DNA of 32,000 nucleotides from Prochlorococcus marinus subsp. pastoris str. CCMP1986 (GCF_000011465.1 NC_005072.1:1170001-1202000); one strand, 5' to 3'. Shown: positions 1-9,881, numbered from the stretch's first letter. Made by a program: numbers and translations. Notes: a model not told the origin generated them from the sequence alone.

Positions 1-1
1 A

Positions 2-517
2 CCCAATAATTATGAAATGATAGATTTTTTACTTTTTAATGAAAAAAAAGCAAAAGTTGATTATGGTTTTGGATGTCCAGCTTGTGCAATGTTAATCTCT
101 AAAAAAGCTTTAGAAATTGTTAAAGGTTTTGATGAAACTCTAAAGAGAGTTGAAGATATGGATATAACTATAAGACTTTCTAGAGAGGGTTGTAATTTTA
201 TTAATTCAAAAAAGACCTTTGTTAATCAGCTTTCAACTCTAGGAGAAGATAAATTGCCTATTAACAATTTAAAATCTGAAATACAAATCATAAAAAAAAA
301 TAAAAACTACTTAAAAAATAAAAATATTTATTCTTATAGTAGATTATGGCCATATTTGCGTTTCTACCATTTCACCGGAAATTACTTTTTTTTAATATTT
401 TTTCTTATAGTTATATTTTTTATAAATCCCAAGAGAACTCTATACCATTTCATTTCATCAACAATAAATAGAATTAAACATGAGCATAAAATAAAAAATT
501 TTAAAAAAAGGGACTAA
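2..517 (+). CDS. Family 2 glycosyltransferase, C-terminal part (5' truncated by window edge)
   Basis: Reading frame is open upstream of the listed ATG at 17 (P-N-N-Y-E-M-I-D...). 'GCPACAMLISKKALEIVKGFDETLKRVEDMDITIRLSREG' is a typical GT2 C-terminal 'GGFDE...EDxDLxxR' region, followed by a hydrophobic segment. Confidence 0.8.
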   Translation, partial: PNNYEMIDFLLFNEKKAKVDYGFGCPACAMLISKKALEIVKGFDETLKRVEDMDITIRLSREGCNFINSKKTFVNQLSTLGEDKLPINNLKSEIQIIKKNKNYLKNKNIYSYSRLWPYLRFYHFTGNYFFLIFFLIVIFFINPKRTLYHFISSTINRIKHEHKIKNFKKRD

Positions 518-518
518 T

Positions 519-1619
519 ATGAGAAATAATAAAAAAAGGATAATTGGATTTGTATGCACCAGTTTTGATAATGTAGCAGGTGGATTAGAAAGGCAAATTA
601 TTAGAACTAGTGAAAGTTTAAATTTAAAAGGATACAAAATTTATATTATTAGTTTTGATAATAATTCAGCAAAATCTTTCTACCAAATTCCAAATCAGAT
701 TGAGTGGTTAAAATGCGGAAATGGTCTTAAACCTCATACATCGGCAAAAAAATACCAAAGGTTAAAGCAAATTTTACATCTAAGAAAAACAATAAAAAAA
801 TATAAAATTACAGATATTATTACTTTCCATCATGGAATATTTCCAAGAGTCTTTTTAGCTTCATTTGCATTAAAAATTATTCATATTGTCTCGGAAAGAA
901 ATTCTCTTAAAAATTACGATTATATAAAATTGAATAAAATAAATTTAGGATTTCTTTCTCTATTTTTTGCTAATAAAATTACAGTCCAACTAAAATCATA
1001 TATAAAAGATTATCCATTCTTTTTAAGAAAAAAAATATATGTCATTAGTAATATTTTAAAGAATCCCTTAGAAAAATATAAAGCCCCAGACTTAAATAGT
1101 AATAAGGTTGCAATGGCTGGAAGATTATGTGCCCAAAAGAACTTTACTCCTCTTTTAGATCAAATCAAAAAATCAAATTCAAATGAAATTGAAGTATCAA
1201 TAGCTGGTGAAGGAGGGTTGAGATCTTTTTTAGAAAAAGAATATAACGAGCAAATTAAAAATTCTACCTTAAATTTAAGAGGAAATATTAAAAATATTGA
1301 CTCATTTTTTTCTGAATCCGCAATATTTTGTTTCCCTTCATTATGGGAAGGATATCCAAATTCGCTTGTCGAGGCCTTAAGGATGGGACTTCCAATTGTT
1401 ACTTCTAAAAGGATGAAATACTTAACAGAATTTGTAGAAAATAATGTCAATGGATTGATCCTTGATGATAATGATTTTCTATTTGAAATTAAGAAATTAA
1501 TAGTTGACAAGGAGAGATTAAATTTTATGAGTTTACAAAGCCACAATAAATATATTGCTTTATGCAAAAGAAATCCTATTAAAGATTGGATTAAACTAAT
1601 AGAAAGTAATTATCAGTAA
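519..1619 (+). CDS. Glycosyltransferase family 4 (GT-B)
   Basis: N-terminal 'GGLERQIIRTSESLNLKGYKIYIISFD' and C-terminal 'FCFPSLWEGYPNSLVEALRMGLPIVTSK' (E(x)7E-like motif) are typical of GT4. Confidence 0.88.
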   Translation: MRNNKKRIIGFVCTSFDNVAGGLERQIIRTSESLNLKGYKIYIISFDNNSAKSFYQIPNQIEWLKCGNGLKPHTSAKKYQRLKQILHLRKTIKKYKITDIITFHHGIFPRVFLASFALKIIHIVSERNSLKNYDYIKLNKINLGFLSLFFANKITVQLKSYIKDYPFFLRKKIYVISNILKNPLEKYKAPDLNSNKVAMAGRLCAQKNFTPLLDQIKKSNSNEIEVSIAGEGGLRSFLEKEYNEQIKNSTLNLRGNIKNIDSFFSESAIFCFPSLWEGYPNSLVEALRMGLPIVTSKRMKYLTEFVENNVNGLILDDNDFLFEIKKLIVDKERLNFMSLQSHNKYIALCKRNPIKDWIKLIESNYQ

Positions 1620-2602
1620 TGCAACAAGAAGCTTTATTAACATGTGCATTTTCAACTTATAATGCATCAGAAACTATAGAATTTGCAATAGAATCTGCTT
1701 TTAATCAAACATATAAAAATAAAGAGTATTTAATAATAGATGACTGTTCAAATGATAATACTTTGAAAATTATTAGTGAAATAAATAAGAAAAAAAATAA
1801 TGTTATCCATATTGTCAAAAACGATAAAAATAGAGGTATAGGAGAAGTTAGAAATCAATTAATAAAATTATCGAATGGAGTATTTATTGCTTTTTTTGAT
1901 CATGATGACTACAGCCATCCAGATAGAGTTAAAGAGCAAATAAAATCAATTCAAAGATTCGAAAAGAAGCATAATATTCAATCAGAAAATTCACCTTTAT
2001 GTTATACAAATAGGAAAATAATATTTTCACCAAAAAATTTTTTAATTTGCAAATCTGTTTCTTATGACGTAAACAAATACTCAAATACAGATGGTGCACT
2101 TGCATTACTTTCAGCGAAAAGAATGCCTAAATTTAACTTATCAGGTAGTACAGCCACATGTACCCTATGCGCTAGAAAAAAAAGTCTGGTATTTATAGGA
2201 GGATTTAATAATGAATTAAGAAGATATGAAGACTTGGATTTAGCAATAAATGCACTTTTAAAAAAAACATCGCTAATATCTGTTGATGAAATACTACTTG
2301 ATCAGTTTTTTAAAAACGAAGCTTATAAGAAAAACTCAGAGATATATGAATTAAAAATGATAAAATTACATAAGAAATTTTTAGAGGAAAATAATTTATT
2401 TGACTTCTCATATAACTTTGCCAAGATGAAGCATTATTTTATAAACTATAATTTATTTTATTTTTTCAAATATCTTTTATATCTTCAATATAAATATCCC
2501 ATTAATTTTATAACAAAAGTCATGGGTTCATTTAAAACATTTTTTTTTAGTTTTCTAAATAAATTATATTCAAACGCAAATAATAAAAATGTTTTGGAGT
2601 AA
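1619..2602 (+). CDS. Glycosyltransferase family 2
   Basis: 'TCAFSTYNASETIEFAIESAFNQTYKNKEYLIIDDCSNDNT...FIAFFDHDD' is a classic GT2 N-terminal nucleotide-sugar/DxD region. Confidence 0.9.
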   Translation: MQQEALLTCAFSTYNASETIEFAIESAFNQTYKNKEYLIIDDCSNDNTLKIISEINKKKNNVIHIVKNDKNRGIGEVRNQLIKLSNGVFIAFFDHDDYSHPDRVKEQIKSIQRFEKKHNIQSENSPLCYTNRKIIFSPKNFLICKSVSYDVNKYSNTDGALALLSAKRMPKFNLSGSTATCTLCARKKSLVFIGGFNNELRRYEDLDLAINALLKKTSLISVDEILLDQFFKNEAYKKNSEIYELKMIKLHKKFLEENNLFDFSYNFAKMKHYFINYNLFYFFKYLLYLQYKYPINFITKVMGSFKTFFFSFLNKLYSNANNKNVLE

Positions 2603-2610
2603 GGAATTAC

Positions 2611-3759
2611 ATGAATAATAATATTAATTTAGCCATTGATTTAAGATATGCAGAAAAAAAGAACACCGGTTTAACAAGATTCTCTAAAAATATTTTTTTA
2701 AACTTACTAAATGCAGATTCCCTTAAATCAAAAAAATTTCTACTAATCTTGCCTCCTAAATCCTCTTCCTCTCATATTAGAGAATTTACAAAATTAAAAG
2801 GATTAAATAGGGTCATAGTTCATTGGGATCATAACAGAAAGTGGAGATGGAAATTAGGATTGTATTTCTTAGATATCAAACTTTATTTACTTTTAAGAAA
2901 AATGAATATTGGTATTTACATATCTCCTTTTATGGACCCACCAATTATGCCAGGTATAAAAATCATAAGTACAATTCATGATATAACTTTTTTAAAAATA
3001 GATAATTATTTTACTAAATTTGAAAATTTAAAAAAATTAATTGGAGATTTAAGGATTTTTATTACAGTCTTGATTTCAAAATATTTAATTACCGTTTCTA
3101 AATCTACAAAAGAAGATTTAATTAATAGATATAAATATCTACCACATAACCTGCAAAAAAAGATTTCGAATGCATTAATAATACCAAATGGTATAACTAA
3201 ATTATCTTTTAAGAAAAAGATTTCCCTTCCAAAAAAATTTCCCGAAAAATATTTTTTATACGTAGGTGACAGAAGACCTCATAAGAATATTGAATATTTG
3301 ATTAATTTAATTAACGGCATAAGAGCAGAATTAAAAGAAGATATATATCTTGTAATCGCGGGATCTAAATCTTATAAAAATGGATATCTGGATAAGAAAA
3401 TTATAAACAATAAGGTATTTATTCATGAATTTATTGATCCTAAAGATTACGAATTATCTTATCTTTATAAAAATTGTCGAGCATTCTTTCTTTTATCCAA
3501 GTCGGAAGGGTTTGGGATACCAATTATTGAGGCCGGAGTTTACCAAAAAAAAATTATTGCAAATAACATATCATCTTTAAGAGAGACAGCACCTAGTAAT
3601 TCTTTATTTATTAAGTGCCAGAATATTAATGAAGATAAAAAGAAAGTTATTTATTATCTAAGAAATAATAAAAATCCTAGTGCAAAAGAAGTTTTAAAAA
3701 AATGGAAATGGCAAAATTCATCAAAAATCTTATGCGATTTTATACAAAAAATTTGCTAA
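2611..3759 (+). CDS. Glycosyltransferase family 4
   Basis: 'IDLRYAEKKNTGLTRFSKNI', 'YFLYVGDRRPHKNIEYLI' and 'AFFLLSKSEGFGIPIIEAG' are GT4 signatures. Confidence 0.88.
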   Translation: MNNNINLAIDLRYAEKKNTGLTRFSKNIFLNLLNADSLKSKKFLLILPPKSSSSHIREFTKLKGLNRVIVHWDHNRKWRWKLGLYFLDIKLYLLLRKMNIGIYISPFMDPPIMPGIKIISTIHDITFLKIDNYFTKFENLKKLIGDLRIFITVLISKYLITVSKSTKEDLINRYKYLPHNLQKKISNALIIPNGITKLSFKKKISLPKKFPEKYFLYVGDRRPHKNIEYLINLINGIRAELKEDIYLVIAGSKSYKNGYLDKKIINNKVFIHEFIDPKDYELSYLYKNCRAFFLLSKSEGFGIPIIEAGVYQKKIIANNISSLRETAPSNSLFIKCQNINEDKKKVIYYLRNNKNPSAKEVLKKWKWQNSSKILCDFIQKIC

Positions 3760-3809
3760 AATTTTGCAATAAAAAATTCTAATGCTAAAAGAATAAATAT
3801 AAACTAAAG

Positions 3810-4200
3810 AAGAATAAAGCTTTAACTTATTTAGCCTTAGAATTATGTTTTTTCTCTTAGCGTATGTCTAATTAAAATAAATTTTTCTTCACAAGTAGCT
3901 ACCAGAAAACAAAAAAGAACTTTCCATTAACGAGTTCAATGTTAGTTCCCAACTCAAATAAACTAAATCTTTCATTAATATTTCAGCATCTGAGCTACTT
4001 ATCAAAATGATTATAAAATTCACCATTAAAAACTAATAAATATCTATTATTGCTACTAATTATTTGATTCTAAGCCTCATGCATATTAAGAATGGATAGT
4101 CTTTTATGAGCAACTACATAATTACTATTATATTTATCCAGCAACCCTCCGAATCAGGTTATCTTGAAAGAAGATTATTTAAAAGGTATATCAATGAATC
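3810..4200 (-). pseudogene. Decayed N-terminal glutaminase domain of an asparagine synthase (glutamine-hydrolysing)-like protein
   Basis: Manual minus-strand translation, not in the ORF track, gives 'R*PDSEGCW' (4138-4164), then after a frame change 'DKYNSNYVVAHKRLSILNMHEA*NQIISSNRYLLVFNGEFYNHFDK*' (about 3995-4138), 'SSDAEILM' (3973-3996), 'LVNGKFFFVFW' (about 3902-3934) and 'EEKFILIRHTLREKT' (3846-3890). These match in order the AsnB landmarks HRGPDSEG, (L)AHRRLSIxD, NGEIYN, SDTEVLL, LNGMFAFAIWD and KLxLARDRxGEKP. Confidence 0.85.
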
Positions 4201-4251
4201 CTTAACGGCTCAAAAAGAATAAGAATAGATACCTTCAAATCAACATATAAT

Positions 4252-4281
4252 AAAAAACTAGAATTTGATTTTAAATTCTAG
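4252..4281 (-). terminator. Rho-independent terminator downstream of the Wza-like gene
   Basis: Minus strand reads CTAGAATTT-AAAATC-AAATTCTAG-TTTTTT: a perfect 9-bp stem (4258-4266 with 4273-4281), 6-nt loop and 6-T tract (4252-4257), located just after the stop at 4288. Confidence 0.75.
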
Positions 4282-4287
4282 ATAAGA

Positions 4288-5343
4288 TTAAAAGCCTTCA
4301 TCTACTAATTTTATTACTGCGATTCCATTTAATATCCCTGTGAGGGGATCAGTAACAGCCGCCAAACCAGAAGCTAAATTTTGAATTAAATTAGGATTAA
4401 CTTTTATTAAATCTCCATCTTTTAGGATAGGGTTCTTTTCTCTTGACATACTTTGACTTAAGTCAATTTTAAATCGTTTTCTATAAGCAGATCCATTCTG
4501 ATTAATTCTTATTAATTCAACATTACCTTTATTACTCTTCCATTGGACAGGTCCACCTGCCTGCATAATGGCTTGTACTAAAGGTGTATTTGATTTTATT
4601 TTCGTAGTGCCAGGAGTATTAACTGATCCAATTATATTAACGTTAATATTTGCTGGAAAAATATTAGAAGAAGCTATTGAATTAAATTCTTCTTCATTAT
4701 TTGATGCTTTTTTTAAGGTAATAATATCGCCATCATTTAGAAAAATATTCTGAGATTGATCTCCTTTAATAATAATATCAACTAAGCTGAGCGAGGTTTT
4801 TTTTATAGACTTCTCCTTATCATAAAATTTTCTTATAACTTCTATATCTCGTAAATTAGTTTGGCTAGTAACTCCACCGGCTTTTTTTAATGCTGCTAAA
4901 AGGGTTGGAGAATTTCTCATGCTATCTTCAAATTCATGTAAACCAGGCTTATTAACTTCTCCAATTATTGAAATTTTTACTGGTCGAAAAGCTTTCACTT
5001 GAATTGATAAATCTGGTCTCAATAATTGCTTAGAAAACTCTCTTATCAATATCCTTTCCACTTCATTAATATTTTTTTCTCTAATGTCAATATCTCCTAT
5101 CAAAGGTAAAGGTAAAGAACCATTGCTTAATACTATATAAATTCCCGATAAAGATGGTGCATATTGAAAATTTATACTCAATAAATCACCTGGGCCTAAA
5201 ATATATTTATCTTTATGTATATAAAGATTATTGTTAGTTTCTAATTTTTCTTCTTCTTGAGCTTCTATGGCATAACAAATATTAAAATTAAAAAATGTCA
5301 TTAAGGTAAATAAAAAACATGTAAAAAAATATTTTATTTTCAT
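4288..5343 (-). CDS. Wza/KpsD-type outer-membrane polysaccharide export protein with signal peptide and SLBB domains
   Basis: Hydrophobic signal peptide, 'YILGPGDLLSINF...GSLPLPLIGDIDIREKNINEVERIL' (Poly_export), 'ISIIGEVNKPGLHEF...LLAALKKAGGVTSQTNLRDIEVIR' and 'NVNIIGSVNTPGTTKI...LVQAIMQAGG' (SLBB repeats). Confidence 0.93.
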   Translation of the reverse strand: MKIKYFFTCFLFTLMTFFNFNICYAIEAQEEEKLETNNNLYIHKDKYILGPGDLLSINFQYAPSLSGIYIVLSNGSLPLPLIGDIDIREKNINEVERILIREFSKQLLRPDLSIQVKAFRPVKISIIGEVNKPGLHEFEDSMRNSPTLLAALKKAGGVTSQTNLRDIEVIRKFYDKEKSIKKTSLSLVDIIIKGDQSQNIFLNDGDIITLKKASNNEEEFNSIASSNIFPANINVNIIGSVNTPGTTKIKSNTPLVQAIMQAGGPVQWKSNKGNVELIRINQNGSAYRKRFKIDLSQSMSREKNPILKDGDLIKVNPNLIQNLASGLAAVTDPLTGILNGIAVIKLVDEGF

Positions 5344-5463
5344 TACAAAAATTATACTTTTACTACTATAGTGTTATTTAGATAAATTTTTCAATTTTTT
5401 TATAAAATTATATATTATATTTGATTTTAAAAAAAAATTTTTAATAAGCATATTCAATTTTCT

Positions 5464-7275
5464 ATGACTGTAAATATCAAAGGTATTTTTAGAAACAAAG
5501 ATGACGAAGAATCTATTGATTTTGAGAGTATATTTAAACACTTAATCTCTCAAAAAAAAATTAGCATATTTATTTTTCTAATTTCATTTTTCACAATATT
5601 TATACCTTTAGCATTGAAAAAGAATAAAGATTTACTTTTTCAGGGCGAATTTGAATTATTAATTCAAGATCCAATAGCTTTACAAAGCCCAACAAGTAAA
5701 TTTTCTAGTAATATTTCATTAGCAGGCCTATCTTCCTCACTTAGTCCATCGGAAGGTAATTTAAATACTCTCAAAACTTACCTAAAAAGCAATGAAGTTT
5801 TAGGAGAATTAGCCTCCAAATTTGGATATAAAACAAAGGAATTAGCTAGTTTTATTGAAATTACACTGGGTGGGGAAAATAAACAAGCAGAGGGGATTTT
5901 AAACGTTTATTTAGAAATTGATAATGCTCTTAAAGGAGAAGTAATTTTAAATGGATTAAGCAAAACATTTATAAGTGCATCCACAAAATATAATCTAGAG
6001 AAATTAAAGGATGGACTTAAATTTATCAATAGTGAAAAACCTAATTTTGAAAGAAAAGTAGAATTACTACAGAAAGAGTTTTATAAATTTGAGGAAAAGT
6101 ATAAAATAATTAGAGGTGGGAAAGACAACACAATAATAAATATAATTAAAAAAGATAATTCTTTAAAAGATAAAATTAAAGACTTAGAAGATAATGGCAA
6201 TGCTTTAAATCTTCAAAAAGCAGGAATATTAAAAAAAAGACTTTTAGAAATTGAAGGTGAATTTAAAAAACCCACGGAAATACTTAACAGGCTTAATTCA
6301 ATAGAAAAAGAAATTGTACAATACTCTATCGCAATTAAAAGGTTTATATCCTTATCTGAAACTTATAGATTAGAGATTGCACAGAATACAATTCCATGGC
6401 GAATAATTTCTCCTCCTCTAATGAATAAATCACCTAAAAAAGTAGAATATTTAAAATTGTTTACCTTAAGTTCTTTTGCGAGTGGATTTGTAACATTATC
6501 AATACTTTTTAGCTATATAAAACTTAAAAATAGATTTAGAGATGAAGCAGATATAAAAAATTTTATTAATATTCCTTGCTTAGGAAGTCTACCTATATTG
6601 AGTAAAAATGAAATTTCAGAAATTAAAAACATTAAAGATTTAAATAATTCTCTAGAAGATAAAAAATCAAACTTCGTTGTTTTCCAAAAATCAATAGAAG
6701 AATATTGTATAGGAATTAAAAATTTAAATGAGAGTAAAAATTTCAAAACTTTTTTTCTAGCAAGTCCATTTTCTCAAGAAGTTAAAACATTGGTAAATGT
6801 ACTTTCTTCAAAAATATTATCAAGTACAAATGAAAGAGTTATTTTAATTGACACAAATTTCGGATCTCCGATATTAGATAAATTTTTTAATTTAAATTCT
6901 TCTATTGGGGTTTTAGATTATTTAGCTAATGAAAAAATTCAAATAAGTCAAATAATAAACAAATCCAATATTAATAATTACCTAGATATAATTTCTTCAG
7001 GTCAAGATTTGAGCAATAAAATGTTGCTTGGATCATTAAGAATGAAAGAATTAATTGAAAATTTAAAAAATAATTATCAATACATATTTATTAATGGTTC
7101 TTCGATAAATAATTCTCCTCAATCTGTTATAAATGGCAATTTATCCGATCTAACTACAATACTAATAAGTACCAATAATCTTAAAAAATCAGATCTAGTT
7201 AAATCTGTTGATAAACTTTCTAAAGCAGGATCTAATATAGATGCATATTTAATAATAAATCAAGACTTAAAATAA
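5464..7275 (+). CDS. Wzz/GumC-type polysaccharide co-polymerase with a BY-kinase-like (apparently degenerate) C-terminal domain
   Basis: N-terminal TM 'KKISIFIFLISFFTIFIPLAL', long coiled-coil middle, second TM 'LKLFTLSSFASGFVTLSILFSYI' and C-terminal CpsD/Wzc-like fold ('RVILIDTNFGSPILDKFFNLNSSIGVLDYL'). Confidence 0.85.
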   Translation: MTVNIKGIFRNKDDEESIDFESIFKHLISQKKISIFIFLISFFTIFIPLALKKNKDLLFQGEFELLIQDPIALQSPTSKFSSNISLAGLSSSLSPSEGNLNTLKTYLKSNEVLGELASKFGYKTKELASFIEITLGGENKQAEGILNVYLEIDNALKGEVILNGLSKTFISASTKYNLEKLKDGLKFINSEKPNFERKVELLQKEFYKFEEKYKIIRGGKDNTIINIIKKDNSLKDKIKDLEDNGNALNLQKAGILKKRLLEIEGEFKKPTEILNRLNSIEKEIVQYSIAIKRFISLSETYRLEIAQNTIPWRIISPPLMNKSPKKVEYLKLFTLSSFASGFVTLSILFSYIKLKNRFRDEADIKNFINIPCLGSLPILSKNEISEIKNIKDLNNSLEDKKSNFVVFQKSIEEYCIGIKNLNESKNFKTFFLASPFSQEVKTLVNVLSSKILSSTNERVILIDTNFGSPILDKFFNLNSSIGVLDYLANEKIQISQIINKSNINNYLDIISSGQDLSNKMLLGSLRMKELIENLKNNYQYIFINGSSINNSPQSVINGNLSDLTTILISTNNLKKSDLVKSVDKLSKAGSNIDAYLIINQDLK

Positions 7276-8316
7276 AATATTTTGATAGGGAATCCATCCT
7301 CTAGAAGTGGAGCCATAATTTAACCAGACAAATTGAATTAAAAATGCCATTAAAACGACAGAAAGATTTATATATTTTCTTCTCAGTTTTGCAAATTTTA
7401 ATTCTGGTAAATTAGACAATATGAATATCATAATAGGCAATGCATATAAAGCTAGTCTATCTATGATGGTGCTGCTTGGGCTAATTATTAAAAGTGGGAT
7501 AAGAGACAAAGAATAAAAAGAAATAGATTTCCAGATTATTATTTGATTTTTATTCAATTGAAGATTTTTTCCTAGTAAAAGAAATAATATTGATGGAAAT
7601 ACCACCATAAATAGTCTGATGTAAACCCCACTTGAAGATCTTTGATATTCAGTAATATAAAAACGAATATATTGTCCAATAAACTTTTCGACAAAAGCTA
7701 AATACAATGTTCCTGCAAAAAGAAAAGAAATTATAATTTTTGAAATCTTATTTATAAATTTTGGAGAACTTATGTAATATGGGGCTAACAAAAAAACAGC
7801 GACTATACTAGGAAGATGAAATAAGCTAGCAAAAATATTCAATAATAAATAAATTAACTTTTTACCTTGAGATAAAAAAACAAGGCCAATCATTAAGATA
7901 CCCAGTGCTACTGATTGTCTTGTATAACCCATTCCAATAACAATCACTATGTAAGGAATAGAGATGGTCAAAGCAAGCCATTGTCTTTTCAAAGATCCAC
8001 AAAATATAATCAAACCACAAGAAAAAATAAAACCACATATTAAATTAACACCATAAATCCCAAAATTTAAATTGTTTGATATTACACTCAAAATAGAAAA
8101 TAAAAATTCCTTTTTTAAAAAAACATTTTTTACATATTGAAGTTTTTCAAAAGCAATTAAATAATTACCCCAATCTTCTCCAACTTTAAATCTGAGGCCA
8201 ATAATAATAGAAAAAAAGAGAATCAGAAGAAAGGATGTTTTTTTATTCCACTTTTCTTTTGGTCTTACTAGTGCCAATATTGCAGGAACTAAAAACAAAA
8301 TCCAATATATTAACAA
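7267..8316 (-). CDS. EpsG/Wzy-like polytopic polysaccharide polymerase
   Basis: About ten hydrophobic segments. 'IYWILFLVPAILAL...IIGLRFKVGEDWGNYL' is the typical start of EpsG-family proteins, next to other polymer export genes. Confidence 0.72.
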   Translation of the reverse strand: MLIYWILFLVPAILALVRPKEKWNKKTSFLLILFFSIIIGLRFKVGEDWGNYLIAFEKLQYVKNVFLKKEFLFSILSVISNNLNFGIYGVNLICGFIFSCGLIIFCGSLKRQWLALTISIPYIVIVIGMGYTRQSVALGILMIGLVFLSQGKKLIYLLLNIFASLFHLPSIVAVFLLAPYYISSPKFINKISKIIISFLFAGTLYLAFVEKFIGQYIRFYITEYQRSSSGVYIRLFMVVFPSILFLLLGKNLQLNKNQIIIWKSISFYSLSLIPLLIISPSSTIIDRLALYALPIMIFILSNLPELKFAKLRRKYINLSVVLMAFLIQFVWLNYGSTSRGWIPYQNILF

Positions 8317-8445
8317 TTTTTAAAAAGATATCTAACTAAATAATATTAATCTTAAAAATATCTAATAAATTTTTTAAATTAATAATTCTTAAATTTTAAT
8401 AAATTCCAAGAAAAAAAAAAACTTATAATTTAAGTCATCCTAACT

Positions 8446-9423
8446 TCAAAAAATAATAAATAACAAAAGACAAGAAGAACAAATTGTAATCCCATATAAA
8501 ATAAATACTGTTGAAGTTTCACTAAAATTATTCCTTATTAATAAGTGATGCAAATGATTACTATCTGGATAAATGAGTGATTTTTTCTTCACAAATCTAA
8601 CTATGATGACTCTTAGCATATCTACTAATGGATAGAACAAAGTTAATAAAGGCACTCTAAAATCAAGAATATTCTGATTATTTTTTGAGACAAGTAAGCT
8701 TAAAAAAGCCAACGTAAAACCTATAAAATACGTACCTCCGTCTCCCATAAGAATTTTTGCAGGCTTAAAATTAAAATTAAGAAAGGCAAAAGAGGAGCCC
8801 GCTAAAGCAAATGAAATTAGTGCATATTCATAATCATTATTTTGTATCGCAATTATTCCGAATGTTGATAACATAATCCCAGTACATCCAGAAGCTAAAC
8901 CATCTAGTCCATCTATCCAATTTATTGCATTTGTTACTCCAACTAACCAAATCAAGGTAAGGATTAAGCTCAAATAATTAGGAAAAATTATATTTTCAAA
9001 TCCCAAATTAAGAAAAGAAATATCAATATTATTTAAATCAATTCCTAAATTCCAAGCAAAACAAGCCAAAATAAAGCTCAAGAAAAGTCTTTTAAATGGA
9101 GAGAGAGAAAGAACATCATCATAAATGCCTATTAAAAAGAAACATAATGATAAACCAACCAAAACAAAAAGGACTCGATATTCAATAATAAAAAAGCTTG
9201 AAATATACTGAAAAAATATAAACCCAAGTAAACTTAAAAAAAACCCAAGAAATATAGCTAGTCCTCCAATCCTCACAAGTTTTATTTTTTTTACCTTTCT
9301 TGAATTAAGAGAATCAAAAATACCGTATTTACTTCCTATCTTTTTAGAAAAAGGAACAAGTATGAAAGTTAAAAGAAATGCAATTATGAATATTATTAAT
9401 AAGCAAGTAATTTCAATTAACAT
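8446..9423 (-). CDS. Undecaprenyl-phosphate sugar-1-phosphate transferase (WecA/TagO/MraY superfamily)
   Basis: 'LVGLSLCFFLIGIYDD', 'TNAINWIDGLDGLASG', 'AKILMGDGGTYFIGF' and 'YPDSNHLHHLLI' are conserved WecA/MraY motifs. Confidence 0.93.
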   Translation of the reverse strand: MLIEITCLLIIFIIAFLLTFILVPFSKKIGSKYGIFDSLNSRKVKKIKLVRIGGLAIFLGFFLSLLGFIFFQYISSFFIIEYRVLFVLVGLSLCFFLIGIYDDVLSLSPFKRLFLSFILACFAWNLGIDLNNIDISFLNLGFENIIFPNYLSLILTLIWLVGVTNAINWIDGLDGLASGCTGIMLSTFGIIAIQNNDYEYALISFALAGSSFAFLNFNFKPAKILMGDGGTYFIGFTLAFLSLLVSKNNQNILDFRVPLLTLFYPLVDMLRVIIVRFVKKKSLIYPDSNHLHHLLIRNNFSETSTVFILYGITICSSCLLLFIIF

Positions 9424-9881
9424 TTTAATTTTAAAAAATTTAAGTTTAAATTTTATTCAATATTGAGAATAATACAGATTGATCTAAAGATAATAAACTT
9501 TTTAGTAATTTAAAAGAAAATGTATAAATTAATTTTAAAATAAATATATATTAAATTTAAAAAACTCTATTCTTGAAAAAGAATTCATTAGTTTGGTATA
9601 TATAAAATTGAAAATTGATACAAATAAGAATTAAATTTATTTTTTTATATTTACAATACTGATCTATTAATATACCATTATTTGAAATTTAAAAAATATC
9701 TTTTCTAAATGCTCTAAAGGAAAGTACTAAATCATCGCATCGTCTTAAATTTAGATTTTCAATTGATTATTAAAAATGATTTTATTTAAAAATTACTAAC
9801 TATTTAATCTTTATTTATCCTTAAAAATATTTTTACAGATTACTTAAAATAATTTATTCTATTCTTAATCAGATTTAATTT

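Noticed and set aside
1160-1567. 135-aa minus-strand ORF opposite the GT4 gene
   Set aside because: Antisense shadow of a clearly coding GT4 gene; no family resemblance.
3760-3800. Possible terminator from AAAATTTGCTAAAATTTTGCAAT repeats after the GT4 gene
   Set aside because: Only short self-complementary A/T blocks; no stable stem followed by a clear T-tract on the plus strand.
4568-4753. 61-aa plus-strand ORF inside the Wza-like gene
   Set aside because: Antisense to a strongly supported coding frame; composition is not protein-like.
6513-6746. 77-aa minus-strand ORF inside the co-polymerase gene
   Set aside because: Antisense shadow ORF without RBS or motif.
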